Below are positions 36,238 to 45,061 of a stretch of DNA of 46,066 nucleotides, piece by piece. A program made the translations under genes and the position numbers. Below the pieces are notes generated by a model that searched no databases, had not been told where the DNA came from, and saw nothing but the letters and a program-made list of their open reading frames with translations. Positions within the stretch are counted from its first letter, which is position 1. Every line of letters begins with the position of its first letter. The stretch spans positions 1-46,066 of IMG/VR virus record IMGVR_UViG_3300007959_000032, one strand, 5' to 3'. The DNA is from a virus (lineage: Duplodnaviria; Caudoviricetes).

Positions 36238-36543
36238 ATGGGCACAACATTCACTGTCATCAGTAGTGAGTCATGTGATGACGAATGGCCGGAAGGCTGG
36301 GACAAGACCACCAGTATGGTCGAGGGCGACTTGGCCGACCGCATACGCGCCAAGGTCGGCGTCTACGAGCACACTCCTGTCATCATCGTCGAGGAGCAGA
36401 CCGATGGGGGTTGGAGCGAGTACACGCAGGAGACGGACTACGAGTTCGAGCTGCGCGTCGGCAACGAGACGGTGCAGCTCCCTTCGCGCTATCCCTACAC
36501 CGCAGTTGGGATGCTCTCGTTGTGGCTGGACGGTGATGCCTGA
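36238..36543 (+). CDS. Acidic hypothetical protein
   Basis: GGGAGG RBS; 101 aa. Confidence 0.75.
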   Translation: MGTTFTVISSESCDDEWPEGWDKTTSMVEGDLADRIRAKVGVYEHTPVIIVEEQTDGGWSEYTQETDYEFELRVGNETVQLPSRYPYTAVGMLSLWLDGDA

Positions 36544-36803
36544 TGACCACCAAATCCTGCTCCACTGCTCCGACGTCCGTGTGCCCTGTCATCTACGAGC
36601 GGGCGCGCAACCTCGGCCTTGAGGAGAAGCCGCTCTACCTCACGCGGGAGGTCGCGCTCATCCTCGGGTTCGACGACGATCCGAACGGCATCGCCAAGGT
36701 GCAGCGGATGAAGGAGGCGGGAGTCCTGAAGGCCGCTCCCCACAAGCCCAAGGCGCCTGCGTACTTCTACGCGACCGCCCTTGAGACCTACGTCAATCCG
36801 TAA
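36543..36803 (+). CDS. Putative winged-helix DNA-binding protein (excisionase/MerR-like)
   Basis: LYLTREVALILG...VQRM...GVL pattern. Confidence 0.55.
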   Translation: MTTKSCSTAPTSVCPVIYERARNLGLEEKPLYLTREVALILGFDDDPNGIAKVQRMKEAGVLKAAPHKPKAPAYFYATALETYVNP

Positions 36804-36806
36804 CAC

Positions 36807-36835
36807 TTGCCGACAGCATCCCCGAGTGGTAGCTT
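36807..36835 (+). promoter_or_regulatory. Promoter of the replication operon
   Basis: TTGCCG-N17-TAGCTT with TGn extension. Confidence 0.6.
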
Positions 36836-36877
36836 TGCTGTAGGCGAAGTGTTGCAATCTAGGCTTAGAGGAGGACC

Positions 36878-36997
36878 ATGTCATCTCTGCAAAACACCAC
36901 TGGCAGTACACAGCACGCCTGGGACGCTTCGCCGCTTTCCACTCCTCGCTGTGTGCTGCTCGTGGTGTTTTGGGGGGCGCCATCATGCCTTGGCTGA
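36878..36997 (+). CDS. Putative 39-aa leader peptide overlapping the initiator start
   Basis: Strong GAGGAGG RBS; the ORF runs through a long hairpin and ends 10 nt past ATG 36985. Confidence 0.45.
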   Translation: MSSLQNTTGSTQHAWDASPLSTPRCVLLVVFWGAPSCLG

Positions 36998-37905
36998 AGA
37001 TTGACGATGGCTTCACGGAGCATCCTAAGTTCAACTCCTGCCGGGACTACGACCTTTCTGTAGCAGTGATGGTGCAACTCATGTGCTACTCAGCCAGAAA
37101 CCTGACGGATGGCGTGATACCAGCCCGAATCCTGCATCGCCACAACTCCGCAGTCGTTAGTGATCTCATCGAGGCGGGCTTCTTGGAGATGGCTAGCACG
37201 GAGGGAACCTACCGCATCCACGACTACCTCGACTACAACCCAAGCAGGGAAGAGGCTCTTCTGCTCAAAGAGAAACGCCGCCTTGCCGGTAGCAGTGGTG
37301 GCAAACGGTCTGGTGATATGCGGTATCCCTGGTGGAATGAGATGGTCGACCTATTCGGGGCATGCGTGAGATGTGGGACTAAGAACTCTCCTCTGACTCG
37401 CGACCACATCATCCCAAGATATCAAGGCGGGACTCACGGGCCAGACAATATCCAACCGCTATGCCGTCCCTGCAACTCCTCCAAAGGACCAGACACAACC
37501 GACTACCGGCTAGCGTTCGCGGTTGAGAACGGTCTCTTGATACCCCAAGAGTGGCTGACTCCTAACTCCAAGCAAATGCTTGAGCAAATGCTTGAGCAAA
37601 CAGGGAGCAAAAGGCCAAGCCGAATCCAACCCCGTACCCGTACCCGTTCCCTTACCCAAACCCGTAAAGAGACAAGTTCTTGTCGCGATGCGCAGATGCG
37701 CAACATCCCCGAGAACGTCCTCGGCTACTGGATCGGCAAGATGGACAGAGAGCCCAACGAGGCTGAGGCGAGGTCGCTTCGGAACCTCTGCAAGCGGTTC
37801 AAGTCCGACATCGTCGCGTTGGCAATCGGACAGGCCGTGACACAAGGGGAAGCCCCGACGAACTTCGCTCTCATCACGACGATAGCCAAGAGGGAGTCAG
37901 AATGA
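36985..37905 (+). CDS. Replication initiator with inserted HNH domain
   Basis: MPWLKIDDGF..HPK, TDG.IP and YRIHDYLDYNPS (actinophage initiator type); CVRCG..DHIIP..GG...NIQPLCRPCNSSKG; internal iterons. Confidence 0.75.
   Translation: MPWLKIDDGFTEHPKFNSCRDYDLSVAVMVQLMCYSARNLTDGVIPARILHRHNSAVVSDLIEAGFLEMASTEGTYRIHDYLDYNPSREEALLLKEKRRLAGSSGGKRSGDMRYPWWNEMVDLFGACVRCGTKNSPLTRDHIIPRYQGGTHGPDNIQPLCRPCNSSKGPDTTDYRLAFAVENGLLIPQEWLTPNSKQMLEQMLEQTGSKRPSRIQPRTRTRSLTQTRKETSSCRDAQMRNIPENVLGYWIGKMDREPNEAEARSLRNLCKRFKSDIVALAIGQAVTQGEAPTNFALITTIAKRESE
37570..37665. repeat. Iteron-like repeats, probable origin of replication
   Basis: AGCAAATGCTTG x2 plus AGCAAA x2, then (ACCCGT)n hexamers inside the initiator gene. 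Confidence 0.65.
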
Positions 37906-38141
37906 GTACCGCGACATTCATCCCTCGCAGCCACGTCATCGAACAACACCAGCGGGCGAGATGGAAGCTGCGCAACGCAATCAAGTGCGGTCAAGTTGAG
38001 AAGAAGACCACCTGCGATGTCTGTGGAAGTGACGACAGAGTAGAAGCTCATCACCCTGATTACTCGGAACCCCTGAACGTGAGATGGCTCTGCAAGAAGT
38101 GCCACTACTCCCATCACGGCGGAAGGCAAGGTGCACCTAGA
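37902..38141 (+). CDS. Small HNH-like Zn-binding protein
   Basis: CDVCG...EAHHPDYSEPLNVRWLCKKCH. Confidence 0.75.
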
Positions 38142-38767
38142 TGAGGACGCAAAGAGCGTGCAGACAACCGCATGGAACCAACGCGAAGTACAACGCCGGC
38201 TGCTCCTGTCTTGAGTGTTGCGACGCCCACGCGGAGTACGTCAGGACGTTCCGTCGTGTGGAGAGCGTCGTCACGGTCATGGAGCACATCAACAGGCTCA
38301 GGCTCATGGGAATGAGCATCGGAGCCATCTCCAATGCTTCCGGTGTGATGGAGTGCCACATCACGAAGATCGCCAGAGGAGACAGGATTCGCGTGAGGCG
38401 TTCGACCGCCGAAGCCATCCTCTCCGTCACTCCGATGCCCTGCCCCGCCAAGGTCTACATCCCGTCAGGACCGACTCGGATGCTCTTGGAGAAGATGCGG
38501 AAGCACCACACCATCACCGAAGTCGCGGATGCGTGTGGCATCGCTCGGGTGACGGTCTACAAGAACATCCCACATCAGTTCCGCGTCATGGCGAGGACTG
38601 CGATGAAGGTCGAGGAGGGCGCGAAGAAGCTCGGCATCATCAAGGGCAACGTCGACCTCGAACGATTCGAGATGCTCCGGTCAGATGGGGTCGCACCCGA
38701 AGTCGCGGCTGACGTCATGGACATCTCAGAGCGGCATGTGTGGAGGCTCGAAGCAGCACGAGCGTAA
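38141..38767 (+). CDS. Multi-HTH DNA-binding protein with N-terminal HGT...GCxCxxC motif
   Basis: HGTNAKYNAGCSCLEC and three HTH-like segments. Confidence 0.7.
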   Translation: MRTQRACRQPHGTNAKYNAGCSCLECCDAHAEYVRTFRRVESVVTVMEHINRLRLMGMSIGAISNASGVMECHITKIARGDRIRVRRSTAEAILSVTPMPCPAKVYIPSGPTRMLLEKMRKHHTITEVADACGIARVTVYKNIPHQFRVMARTAMKVEEGAKKLGIIKGNVDLERFEMLRSDGVAPEVAADVMDISERHVWRLEAARA

Positions 38768-38819
38768 GTGTCAGACCGAGAGGACAGACTGCGAGGGCAG
38801 TCAGAGAAAGGAGAGGGAA

Positions 38820-39755
38820 GTGAAGTTCTCACCCGAACAGCTCGAAGCGAGACGCAAGGGTATCGGCGCCTCTGAAGCGGCGGCCGTGCTGGGTCTCTCG
38901 AAGTGGCGCGGTGCCATGGAGATTTACTTAGACAAGATAGGCGTCCCGAACGACGTCGAAGAGTCGGAGCCGATGTACTGGGGCACGAAGAAGGAACCCA
39001 TCATCCGTGAGCGGTTCGCGGAAGACCATCGCGAGCTTGTGGTTATCCCTGGGACAGTTGCCTACACCGAGTCGGGCGGAATCTGCACCTCTGGGGAGCG
39101 TGACTTCATCTTCGCCTCCCCTGACGCCCTACTGCACGATGACAACGCTGGAGTCACAGGGAAGATAGTCGCCGGTCTCGAAATCAAGACGGCCACGCAG
39201 TTCAAGGCGAACGACTGGCCGCCCTCTGGAGACCCTTCAGGCGTTCCCGTCGACTACTGGGTGCAGTGCCAACAGTGTATGTACGTGACGGGGCTGGACA
39301 AGTGGTGGCTTGCCGTCCTCATCGGATCGGCCGACTACCGCGAGTACCTCATCGAGCGCGACCAGGAGTTCATCGACGGCCTCGTCATCAAGCTGACCGA
39401 GTTCTGGAAGCTCGTCGAGGACAGGACGCCGCCCCCGTTCGACGAGAGCGATGCGTCGAAGCGGGTACTCGACATGCTCTACCCCGCCGAGGACGCCATA
39501 CTCGAACCCGCGTTGGGTCTTCCGAGCGAGGCCGACGCTCTCGCCTTGAGCATCATCTCGCTCAAGACCGTCATCAAGGAGACGACCTCCCGACTCAAGC
39601 TCGCTGAGAACACGCTGAAGGGCATGATGGGCGACAACGCGCTCGGGTTCACGCCCTCCGGTTACGAGGTCGGGTGGAAGCCAGTCCACAAGGAGCCCTA
39701 CGAAGTGAAGGCTCAGGACTACCGAGTCCTGAGCGTCAAGAAGACCGAGGAGTAG
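38820..39755 (+). CDS. YqaJ-family (lambda Exo/RecE-like) exonuclease
   Basis: RRKGIGASE, WG..KEP, ASPDA, LEIKT, Y..Q.Q..M.VTG. Confidence 0.92.
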   Translation: MKFSPEQLEARRKGIGASEAAAVLGLSKWRGAMEIYLDKIGVPNDVEESEPMYWGTKKEPIIRERFAEDHRELVVIPGTVAYTESGGICTSGERDFIFASPDALLHDDNAGVTGKIVAGLEIKTATQFKANDWPPSGDPSGVPVDYWVQCQQCMYVTGLDKWWLAVLIGSADYREYLIERDQEFIDGLVIKLTEFWKLVEDRTPPPFDESDASKRVLDMLYPAEDAILEPALGLPSEADALALSIISLKTVIKETTSRLKLAENTLKGMMGDNALGFTPSGYEVGWKPVHKEPYEVKAQDYRVLSVKKTEE

Positions 39756-39757
39756 AC

Positions 39758-40696
39758 ATGGACGAGCGTAAGACAGCCGCCGCCGTCGCGAAGAACGCCC
39801 TCGCGACACAGGAAGCCACCGCCGAGCAGAGCAAGGGCGTGACGCTAGCGCAGTATCTGGACAAGCAGAAGCCCGCCATCACCTCCGCTCTCCCGCGCAA
39901 CATCGACGTGGACCGCTTCACCCGCATCTGTATGACCGTCGTCCGCACCAACCCGAGGCTCCTGAAGTGCGACCCCATGTCCATCCTCGCCGCCGTCATG
40001 CAGTCCGCGCAACTCGGCCTTGAGCCGGGGTCAGGCTTGGGCGAGGCCTACATCATCGCGTACGGCAACCAAGCCCAGTTCCAGATGGGCTATCGCGGGG
40101 TCGCCAAGCTCGCGCACAACTCGGGCGACGTCACCACCATCGAGGCCAGAGCGGTCTACGACGGCGACCAGTTCAAGGTCTACCTCGGCACCGATCCGCG
40201 TATCGAGCACATCCCCGACGCCACCTCGCGCGACTTCGACAGCCTCACCGCCGTCTACGCCGTGGCGACGATGCACGACGGTAGCAAGCAGTTCGACTAC
40301 ATGACCAAGGAGGAGATAGAGGCCCACCGCGACCACTACTCCAAGGCGAAGGGTTCCGATACCCCGTGGGGCGACAAGCTCTCCGCCGTGGAGATGGCGA
40401 AGAAGACGGTCGTCATCCGTCTCGCCAAGATGCTACCGCTCTCCGCAGAGGTCTCACGCGCCTTCGCATCCGACGGCGTCGTGCGGCACGAACTGAGCGC
40501 CGACATGACGATGGTGCCCGACGCCGAGTCAGAGAGCGTCGAACCCTCGGCCTTGGGCATCGTGGAAGTGGACGATGACGGCGTGGTCGTCGAGGAGGCG
40601 CCGAAGAAGGGCGAGAAGGCCACCACCTCCGACGGCTCCGAGGTCGTCATCGGCGAGCAGGAGATAGCGTGGCCGGCAGAGGAGGCACAGAAGTGA
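39758..40696 (+). CDS. recT: RecT single-strand annealing protein
   Basis: QSAQLGLEPG..LGEAYII, FQMGYRG, V..GD.F, AVYAVA, W.....EMAKKTV..RL.K.LPLS. Confidence 0.93.
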   Translation: MDERKTAAAVAKNALATQEATAEQSKGVTLAQYLDKQKPAITSALPRNIDVDRFTRICMTVVRTNPRLLKCDPMSILAAVMQSAQLGLEPGSGLGEAYIIAYGNQAQFQMGYRGVAKLAHNSGDVTTIEARAVYDGDQFKVYLGTDPRIEHIPDATSRDFDSLTAVYAVATMHDGSKQFDYMTKEEIEAHRDHYSKAKGSDTPWGDKLSAVEMAKKTVVIRLAKMLPLSAEVSRAFASDGVVRHELSADMTMVPDAESESVEPSALGIVEVDDDGVVVEEAPKKGEKATTSDGSEVVIGEQEIAWPAEEAQK

Positions 40697-40920
40697 ACCA
40701 GACGACGCTCCAAGAACTCTCTGACGCCGCCACGAAGGGCGAATGGCGGGTTCTCGACCATGGTTCTGCGATAGGGACGCCCGAAGAGGATGTCGCCTAC
40801 ACGAAGGACAGTGAGAAGGCTTGGTACACGCCGCATAGCAGGGAGAACGCACGATTCATCACCGAACTCGTGAATCAGTACCGGAGTGGCCAACTCTTCC
40901 GAGGAGGTTCCGATGAGTGA
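40693..40920 (+). CDS. Ead/Ea22-like hypothetical protein
   Basis: L..AATKGEW...ENARFI...N motif. Confidence 0.65.
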   Translation: MNQTTLQELSDAATKGEWRVLDHGSAIGTPEEDVAYTKDSEKAWYTPHSRENARFITELVNQYRSGQLFRGGSDE

Positions 40921-41257
40921 CCAGACGACGCTCCAAGTCTCCCCCTATCCCATCGGACAGGCATGGTGTGAGGCTCACTCGAAGGCGACGAGGTACATCG
41001 TCGACCGAGCGCACGCCATCAACGGAGGCGGCAAGAAGGCGCGGATGCAGTCCATCATCGAGGAGATGCGGAAGGACGGCGAATATTTCGACCTCACGGC
41101 CGAGCGCGGCTACGGATTCGATCACCGTGACCGCTCCGAAGTCACCCGTCACATCATGGCCGTCTACGGCGTGGACTTCGTCATCCGCAAGTCCAAGAGC
41201 GACGCACAGGCGGTAGAGGCAACGCCGAAGGTACGGCAGCTTGGGCGGACGTGGTGA
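40913..41257 (+). CDS. Hypothetical protein
   Basis: GAGGAGG RBS; MSDQTTLQ... Confidence 0.65.
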   Translation: MSDQTTLQVSPYPIGQAWCEAHSKATRYIVDRAHAINGGGKKARMQSIIEEMRKDGEYFDLTAERGYGFDHRDRSEVTRHIMAVYGVDFVIRKSKSDAQAVEATPKVRQLGRTW

Positions 41258-41270
41258 ACAACTAGGAGTA

Positions 41271-41299
41271 TTGCGCGTGACACATATCCTGTGTATCAT
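41271..41299 (+). promoter_or_regulatory. Promoter upstream of HNH gene
   Basis: TTGCGC-N17-TATCAT. Confidence 0.55.
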
Positions 41300-41329
41300 G
41301 GCCGCATAGTACCGGACGAGGAGTGAGCC

Positions 41330-41890
41330 ATGAAGAGATGCACCCGATGTGGGATTGAGAAGCCTGAGACCCCGGAGTTCTTTCCGAACGACAAAACCAG
41401 GGCGCGGGGCCTCCATCCCTGGTGTCGAAAGTGCGTCTCAGAACAAGGCAGAATTCGTCGGGCTCCCTTCTTGAAAGACCATGCCGACGTAGATGATCTT
41501 GCTCACAACATCAGTATTACCGAGGGCGGTTGTTGGGAGTGGAGGTTCACGCGCAACGAGTTTGGATACGGTCTCATTCCTTATCAGGGCAGGAACGTCC
41601 GAGCGCATAGGTTCTACTTCGAGAAAATGGTAGGTCCTATACCAAAGGGCGGGGAGGTTCATCACGTATGCGAAAACCCACCGTGCGTTAACCCGTCTCA
41701 TTTAATGGTTGTGACGGCGATGGAGCATCGTGCATTGAGTCGAAGTGCAAAACTAGACTGGACCAAGGTCGATGAGATTCGTAGACGACACGCGGAGGGT
41801 GAAAGTGCCTCGCACCTCGCCCGCGAGTATGGGGTTCACAATTCCGTCGTCTGCCGCATCGTAAACGGAAAGGCCTGGGTGCTGGCGTGA
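41330..41890 (+). CDS. HNH homing endonuclease (Zn finger, HNH, HTH)
   Basis: CTRCG...CRKC, CWEW, GYG, AHR, VHHVCENPPCVNPSHL, LAREYGV; lower GC. Confidence 0.9.
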   Translation: MKRCTRCGIEKPETPEFFPNDKTRARGLHPWCRKCVSEQGRIRRAPFLKDHADVDDLAHNISITEGGCWEWRFTRNEFGYGLIPYQGRNVRAHRFYFEKMVGPIPKGGEVHHVCENPPCVNPSHLMVVTAMEHRALSRSAKLDWTKVDEIRRRHAEGESASHLAREYGVHNSVVCRIVNGKAWVLA

Positions 41891-42177
41891 ATGAGTATCA
41901 CAAGATGCTTATGCCGCACGAGTCCCTTCTTCCCGGCTACTGCGTGATTTGCGGTACTAGGCCAGCCGAAATGCATCATGTAGTGCGTCGATCTCAAGGC
42001 GGTGCTAATGGCCCGAGAATGCACTTGTGCGGGCGAGGAAACACATCTGGCCACCATGGCGAGGCGCATCAAAACAGGCTCCACTTCAAGTGGGACAACG
42101 GATGGTGGTGGCTTGAGACGCCAGCACCACTGAAGTATGAGAAGGCGTTGGAACTGTCAGGCTGGAAGCGAATCTAG
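41887..42177 (+). CDS. Small HNH-like protein
   Basis: CVICG...HHVV.RSQGG.....LC......HHGEAH. Confidence 0.7.
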   Translation: MNEYHKMLMPHESLLPGYCVICGTRPAEMHHVVRRSQGGANGPRMHLCGRGNTSGHHGEAHQNRLHFKWDNGWWWLETPAPLKYEKALELSGWKRI

Positions 42178-42187
42178 GAGGAAGAGG

Positions 42188-43123
42188 ATGAGGGTAGGAC
42201 TCGTAGGCTGCGGTTACTGGGGGCGCAACATCAAGAAGGTGCTCGACCGCATCGGCGTGCTGAGTGGCGTGTATGATGACGACCCCGAGCGTTCGACGTT
42301 CGCCGACTTCGAGGAGCTGGTGGAGAACTCCGACGCCGTGGTGATCGCCACGCCCGTCGAGACGCACGCCGGATTGGCAGTGGATGCGCTGAGAGCTGGC
42401 AAGCATGTCTTGGTCGAGAAGCCGATGGCGCTTGCGGGCGGACAGTGCCAAGAGATGATTGACGAGGCGCGGATGCAAGGCAAGACCCTCATGGTCGGCC
42501 ACTTGATGCGCTACTCCCCCGCCTTCATGTACCTCGTCAACTACATCGGACATGGGGGTATCGGCGACATCGTATCTATCCACTCGTCGCGTCTCAACCT
42601 CGGGAAGATACGGACGGTCGAGAACGCTGCATGGTCGCTGGCGCCGCATGACGTCTCGATGATTCTCGCGTTGATGGGCAAGCCGATGACCGTACAGGCT
42701 CAAGGAGTGCGGTTCTCCAACGCGAAGATCGAGGACACCGTCCACATCAACCTCGGGTACGAACACTCGCTCGCCCACATCCACGTCTCGTGGCTCACTC
42801 CCGAGAAGGTGCGGAAGCTCACCGTCGTCGGGACCGACAAGATGGTGGTGCTGGATGACCTCGCCGCCGAGAAGGTATCCATCCACAACAAGGGCGTCAA
42901 TGTCGCTGTGGGGGACTACCGCGACGTGAGGTACGGTGACATACTCCAGCCGTGGATAGAGGCCACGCAGCCTCTTGAAAATGAGCTGCGCCACTTCGTC
43001 GCGTGCTGCCAGCATGGGGGAGTTCCGCTCTCCAGCGGGCAGGACGGGCTGGAGGTCATCCAGGTGCTCGCGGCCTGCGATGAATCTCTTGCTAACGGTG
43101 GAGAGCCGGTCGTGATACGATGA
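42188..43123 (+). CDS. Gfo/Idh/MocA NAD-dependent oxidoreductase (WbpB/WlbA-like nucleotide-sugar 3-dehydrogenase)
   Basis: VGCGYWG, IATP..TH, GKHVLVEKP, MVGH, RLNLG.IR..EN..WSLAPHD, VSWL.P.K.R. Confidence 0.92.
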   Translation: MRVGLVGCGYWGRNIKKVLDRIGVLSGVYDDDPERSTFADFEELVENSDAVVIATPVETHAGLAVDALRAGKHVLVEKPMALAGGQCQEMIDEARMQGKTLMVGHLMRYSPAFMYLVNYIGHGGIGDIVSIHSSRLNLGKIRTVENAAWSLAPHDVSMILALMGKPMTVQAQGVRFSNAKIEDTVHINLGYEHSLAHIHVSWLTPEKVRKLTVVGTDKMVVLDDLAAEKVSIHNKGVNVAVGDYRDVRYGDILQPWIEATQPLENELRHFVACCQHGGVPLSSGQDGLEVIQVLAACDESLANGGEPVVIR

Positions 43124-43163
43124 TGAGGAAAAGAGCGACCCCCGCGAGTGCGACCTCCGGGGG

Positions 43164-43193
43164 CGTGGCCACAACCGAACGGACGGTGTGACA
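43164..43193 (+). repeat. 30-bp leader shared by two HNH genes (copy 2)
   Basis: Identical to 19425-19454. Confidence 0.9.
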
Positions 43194-43723
43194 TGAATGA
43201 TTCTATCATCTCCCCCAAGCTGTGCGAATGCGGTTGCGGCCGACCTGCGCCGATAGCAGCGCGCAGCAAGCCGAGCATAGGCCATATCAAGGGTCAGCCC
43301 GTGCGGTTCATCGTGGGTCACGCCGCGACTTCGCGAGTGCCTGCGTACATCGTCGACGAGGACACTGGCTGTTGGAACTGGAACCGCTACAAGACGGGTT
43401 TGGGATATGGCGTGACCAGCGTCAACCGGAAGCCTCGCGCAGCACATCGCGTCTACTGGGAGCGTGAGAACGGTCCCGTCCCCGAGGGTCTCGAACTCGA
43501 TCACCTATGCCGGAACCCGTCGTGTGTGAACCCCGCGCACCTCGAAGCGGTCACTCGGGCGGTAAACCTCCAGCGAGGTCTCAAGGCGAAGCTGAACCCT
43601 GCCAAAGTCAAAGAGATTCGCTCAAGGCAGGATGACTCCATTGACTCTCTTGCGTCGGAGTTCGGCGTCAGCAAGTCCACCATCTGTAAGGTAAGACTCG
43701 GGCGGACATGGAGGAACATCTGA
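43193..43723 (+). CDS. HNH homing endonuclease with CECGCG N-terminus and C-terminal HTH
   Basis: CECGCG, CWNW, GYG, AHR, LDHLCRNPSCVNPAHLE, LASEFGVS. Confidence 0.9.
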   Translation: MNDSIISPKLCECGCGRPAPIAARSKPSIGHIKGQPVRFIVGHAATSRVPAYIVDEDTGCWNWNRYKTGLGYGVTSVNRKPRAAHRVYWERENGPVPEGLELDHLCRNPSCVNPAHLEAVTRAVNLQRGLKAKLNPAKVKEIRSRQDDSIDSLASEFGVSKSTICKVRLGRTWRNI

Positions 43724-44292
43724 TGTTCGATTCGCTAGGCATCAACCTCAAGTGGTCGGCCGGCTGCATCGTCAAGCCCAACACGCATTTCGGCGCGAAC
43801 TGCCGTCTCGGTCACAACGCCTTCGTGAGGGAGAACTGCACGATAGGCGATGACGTCACCATCGGCGCGAACGTGGTGGTGGAGAACGACACGGTCATCG
43901 GCAGCAGGACGCGCATCCAAACAGGCGGCTACATCACAGCCTTCTGTGTCATCGGGGAGGACGTCTTTATCGGCCCGATGGTCTGCACCACCAACGATCC
44001 GCACATCGGCGCGCGTCCCGACCTCCCCAACGAGGGCTGCACCATCCTCGACGGAGCCAGGATAGGAGCGGGCGCCATCATCCTGCCCGGAATCGTCATC
44101 GGCAAGGACGCCGTCGTCGCAGCGGGAAGCGTCGTGACGAGGGACGTGCCGTCGGGCAAGCTCGTGATGGGAGTCCCTGCGCGAGTCGTCGAACCCGACC
44201 CCGACCACCTCGCCATCGAACGTCGCGAGGCCGACGACGAGGCGCACGATGCCAACTGCTACGTCAATCCGTTCGATGGAGGTGTGCTGTGA
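43723..44292 (+). CDS. Hexapeptide-repeat N-acyltransferase (WbpD/WlbB-like)
   Basis: Left-handed beta-helix repeats; VFIGP.V.TTND, IGAGAIILPG, AGSVVTRDVP, GVPAR. Confidence 0.92.
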   Translation: MFDSLGINLKWSAGCIVKPNTHFGANCRLGHNAFVRENCTIGDDVTIGANVVVENDTVIGSRTRIQTGGYITAFCVIGEDVFIGPMVCTTNDPHIGARPDLPNEGCTILDGARIGAGAIILPGIVIGKDAVVAAGSVVTRDVPSGKLVMGVPARVVEPDPDHLAIERREADDEAHDANCYVNPFDGGVL

Positions 44293-44408
44293 AGCTGACC
44301 CGCTACCCCGAACCCCTCTCGCCCACCACCGGCCGCGTCATCTTCTTCGCGGCGATGGCGTGGCTGTTCCTGCTGGCGTGGGCGATGGCGAGCGGGGGTG
44401 CGGCATGA
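44289..44408 (+). CDS. Small membrane peptide
   Basis: GGAGG RBS and coupled overlaps; VIFFAAMAWLFLLAWAM. Confidence 0.5.
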   Translation: MKLTRYPEPLSPTTGRVIFFAAMAWLFLLAWAMASGGAA

Positions 44409-44599
44409 GCGCCGAGACGCATTGTGACCGCTGCGGAGTCGTGAAGCCGTGGCTGCGCTTTGGGTGGACTTGGGACTGCATCATGCGGGCTGGATACAAG
44501 GACATCGACCTGTGCCCGAAGTGCAAGGACGAGTTCACGGACTTCCTGCATGGCCGCTCCGTGCAAACCGTGGAAGACCGCGAGGCCACCCATGACTGA
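44405..44599 (+). CDS. Small Zn-finger protein
   Basis: CDRCG...DLCPKC..EF..FL. Confidence 0.65.
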   Translation: MSAETHCDRCGVVKPWLRFGWTWDCIMRAGYKDIDLCPKCKDEFTDFLHGRSVQTVEDREATHD

Positions 44600-44699
44600 C
44601 CGCTACCGCCACGCCTGCATCGCGCTGGTCTGCCTCGCGTGCGTGGCCGCGATGATCGGCGGGGCTGCGATATGCCAGTGGGCGGTGACGGCTCCGTGA
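44592..44699 (+). CDS. Small membrane peptide
   Basis: GAGG RBS; hydrophobic core. Confidence 0.45.
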   Translation: MTDRYRHACIALVCLACVAAMIGGAAICQWAVTAP

Positions 44700-45061
44700 A
44701 GCCGATTGCGGAGCTGCTTGAGGAGTTCGCACCCGAGAAGGCGCGCATCATCGCCGAACTCGGCACGGACGAATCCGACGAGCAGGAGCGGCGCGTCCAA
44801 CGGTACTGCACTGAGTACGCATGGGCGCTGTACCGCGTCGAGCACGACTTCCACGACGACTCCGACGATCCGCACGAGCCCTGGAACTTCGACTGGCTGC
44901 GTGCGCACCGCGAGCAGTGGAGCGATGCAGCCCAGCTCCTGCCCGTCCGCAACTTCCACGACCTGTGCAGCGAGGGACGAATCATCTTCCATGAGCTGCA
45001 CCCGGAATGGCAGGCCGAGCATGACCGCAAGTGCGCGTCTGAGTCTGGCCGGCTGTTCTGA
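44696..45061 (+). CDS. Hypothetical protein
   Basis: GTGA overlap; acidic; 121 aa. Confidence 0.6.
   Translation: MKPIAELLEEFAPEKARIIAELGTDESDEQERRVQRYCTEYAWALYRVEHDFHDDSDDPHEPWNFDWLRAHREQWSDAAQLLPVRNFHDLCSEGRIIFHELHPEWQAEHDRKCASESGRLF

Noticed and set aside
36543-36803. Excisionase implying an integrating prophage
   Set aside because: No tyrosine or serine integrase and no host flanks are present; more likely a generic DNA-binding regulator.
37580-37840. Alternative frame reading PVPVPVP as a programmed frameshift in the initiator
   Set aside because: The main ORF is open through a sensible C-terminal domain; the hexamer repeat gives low-complexity peptide in any frame.
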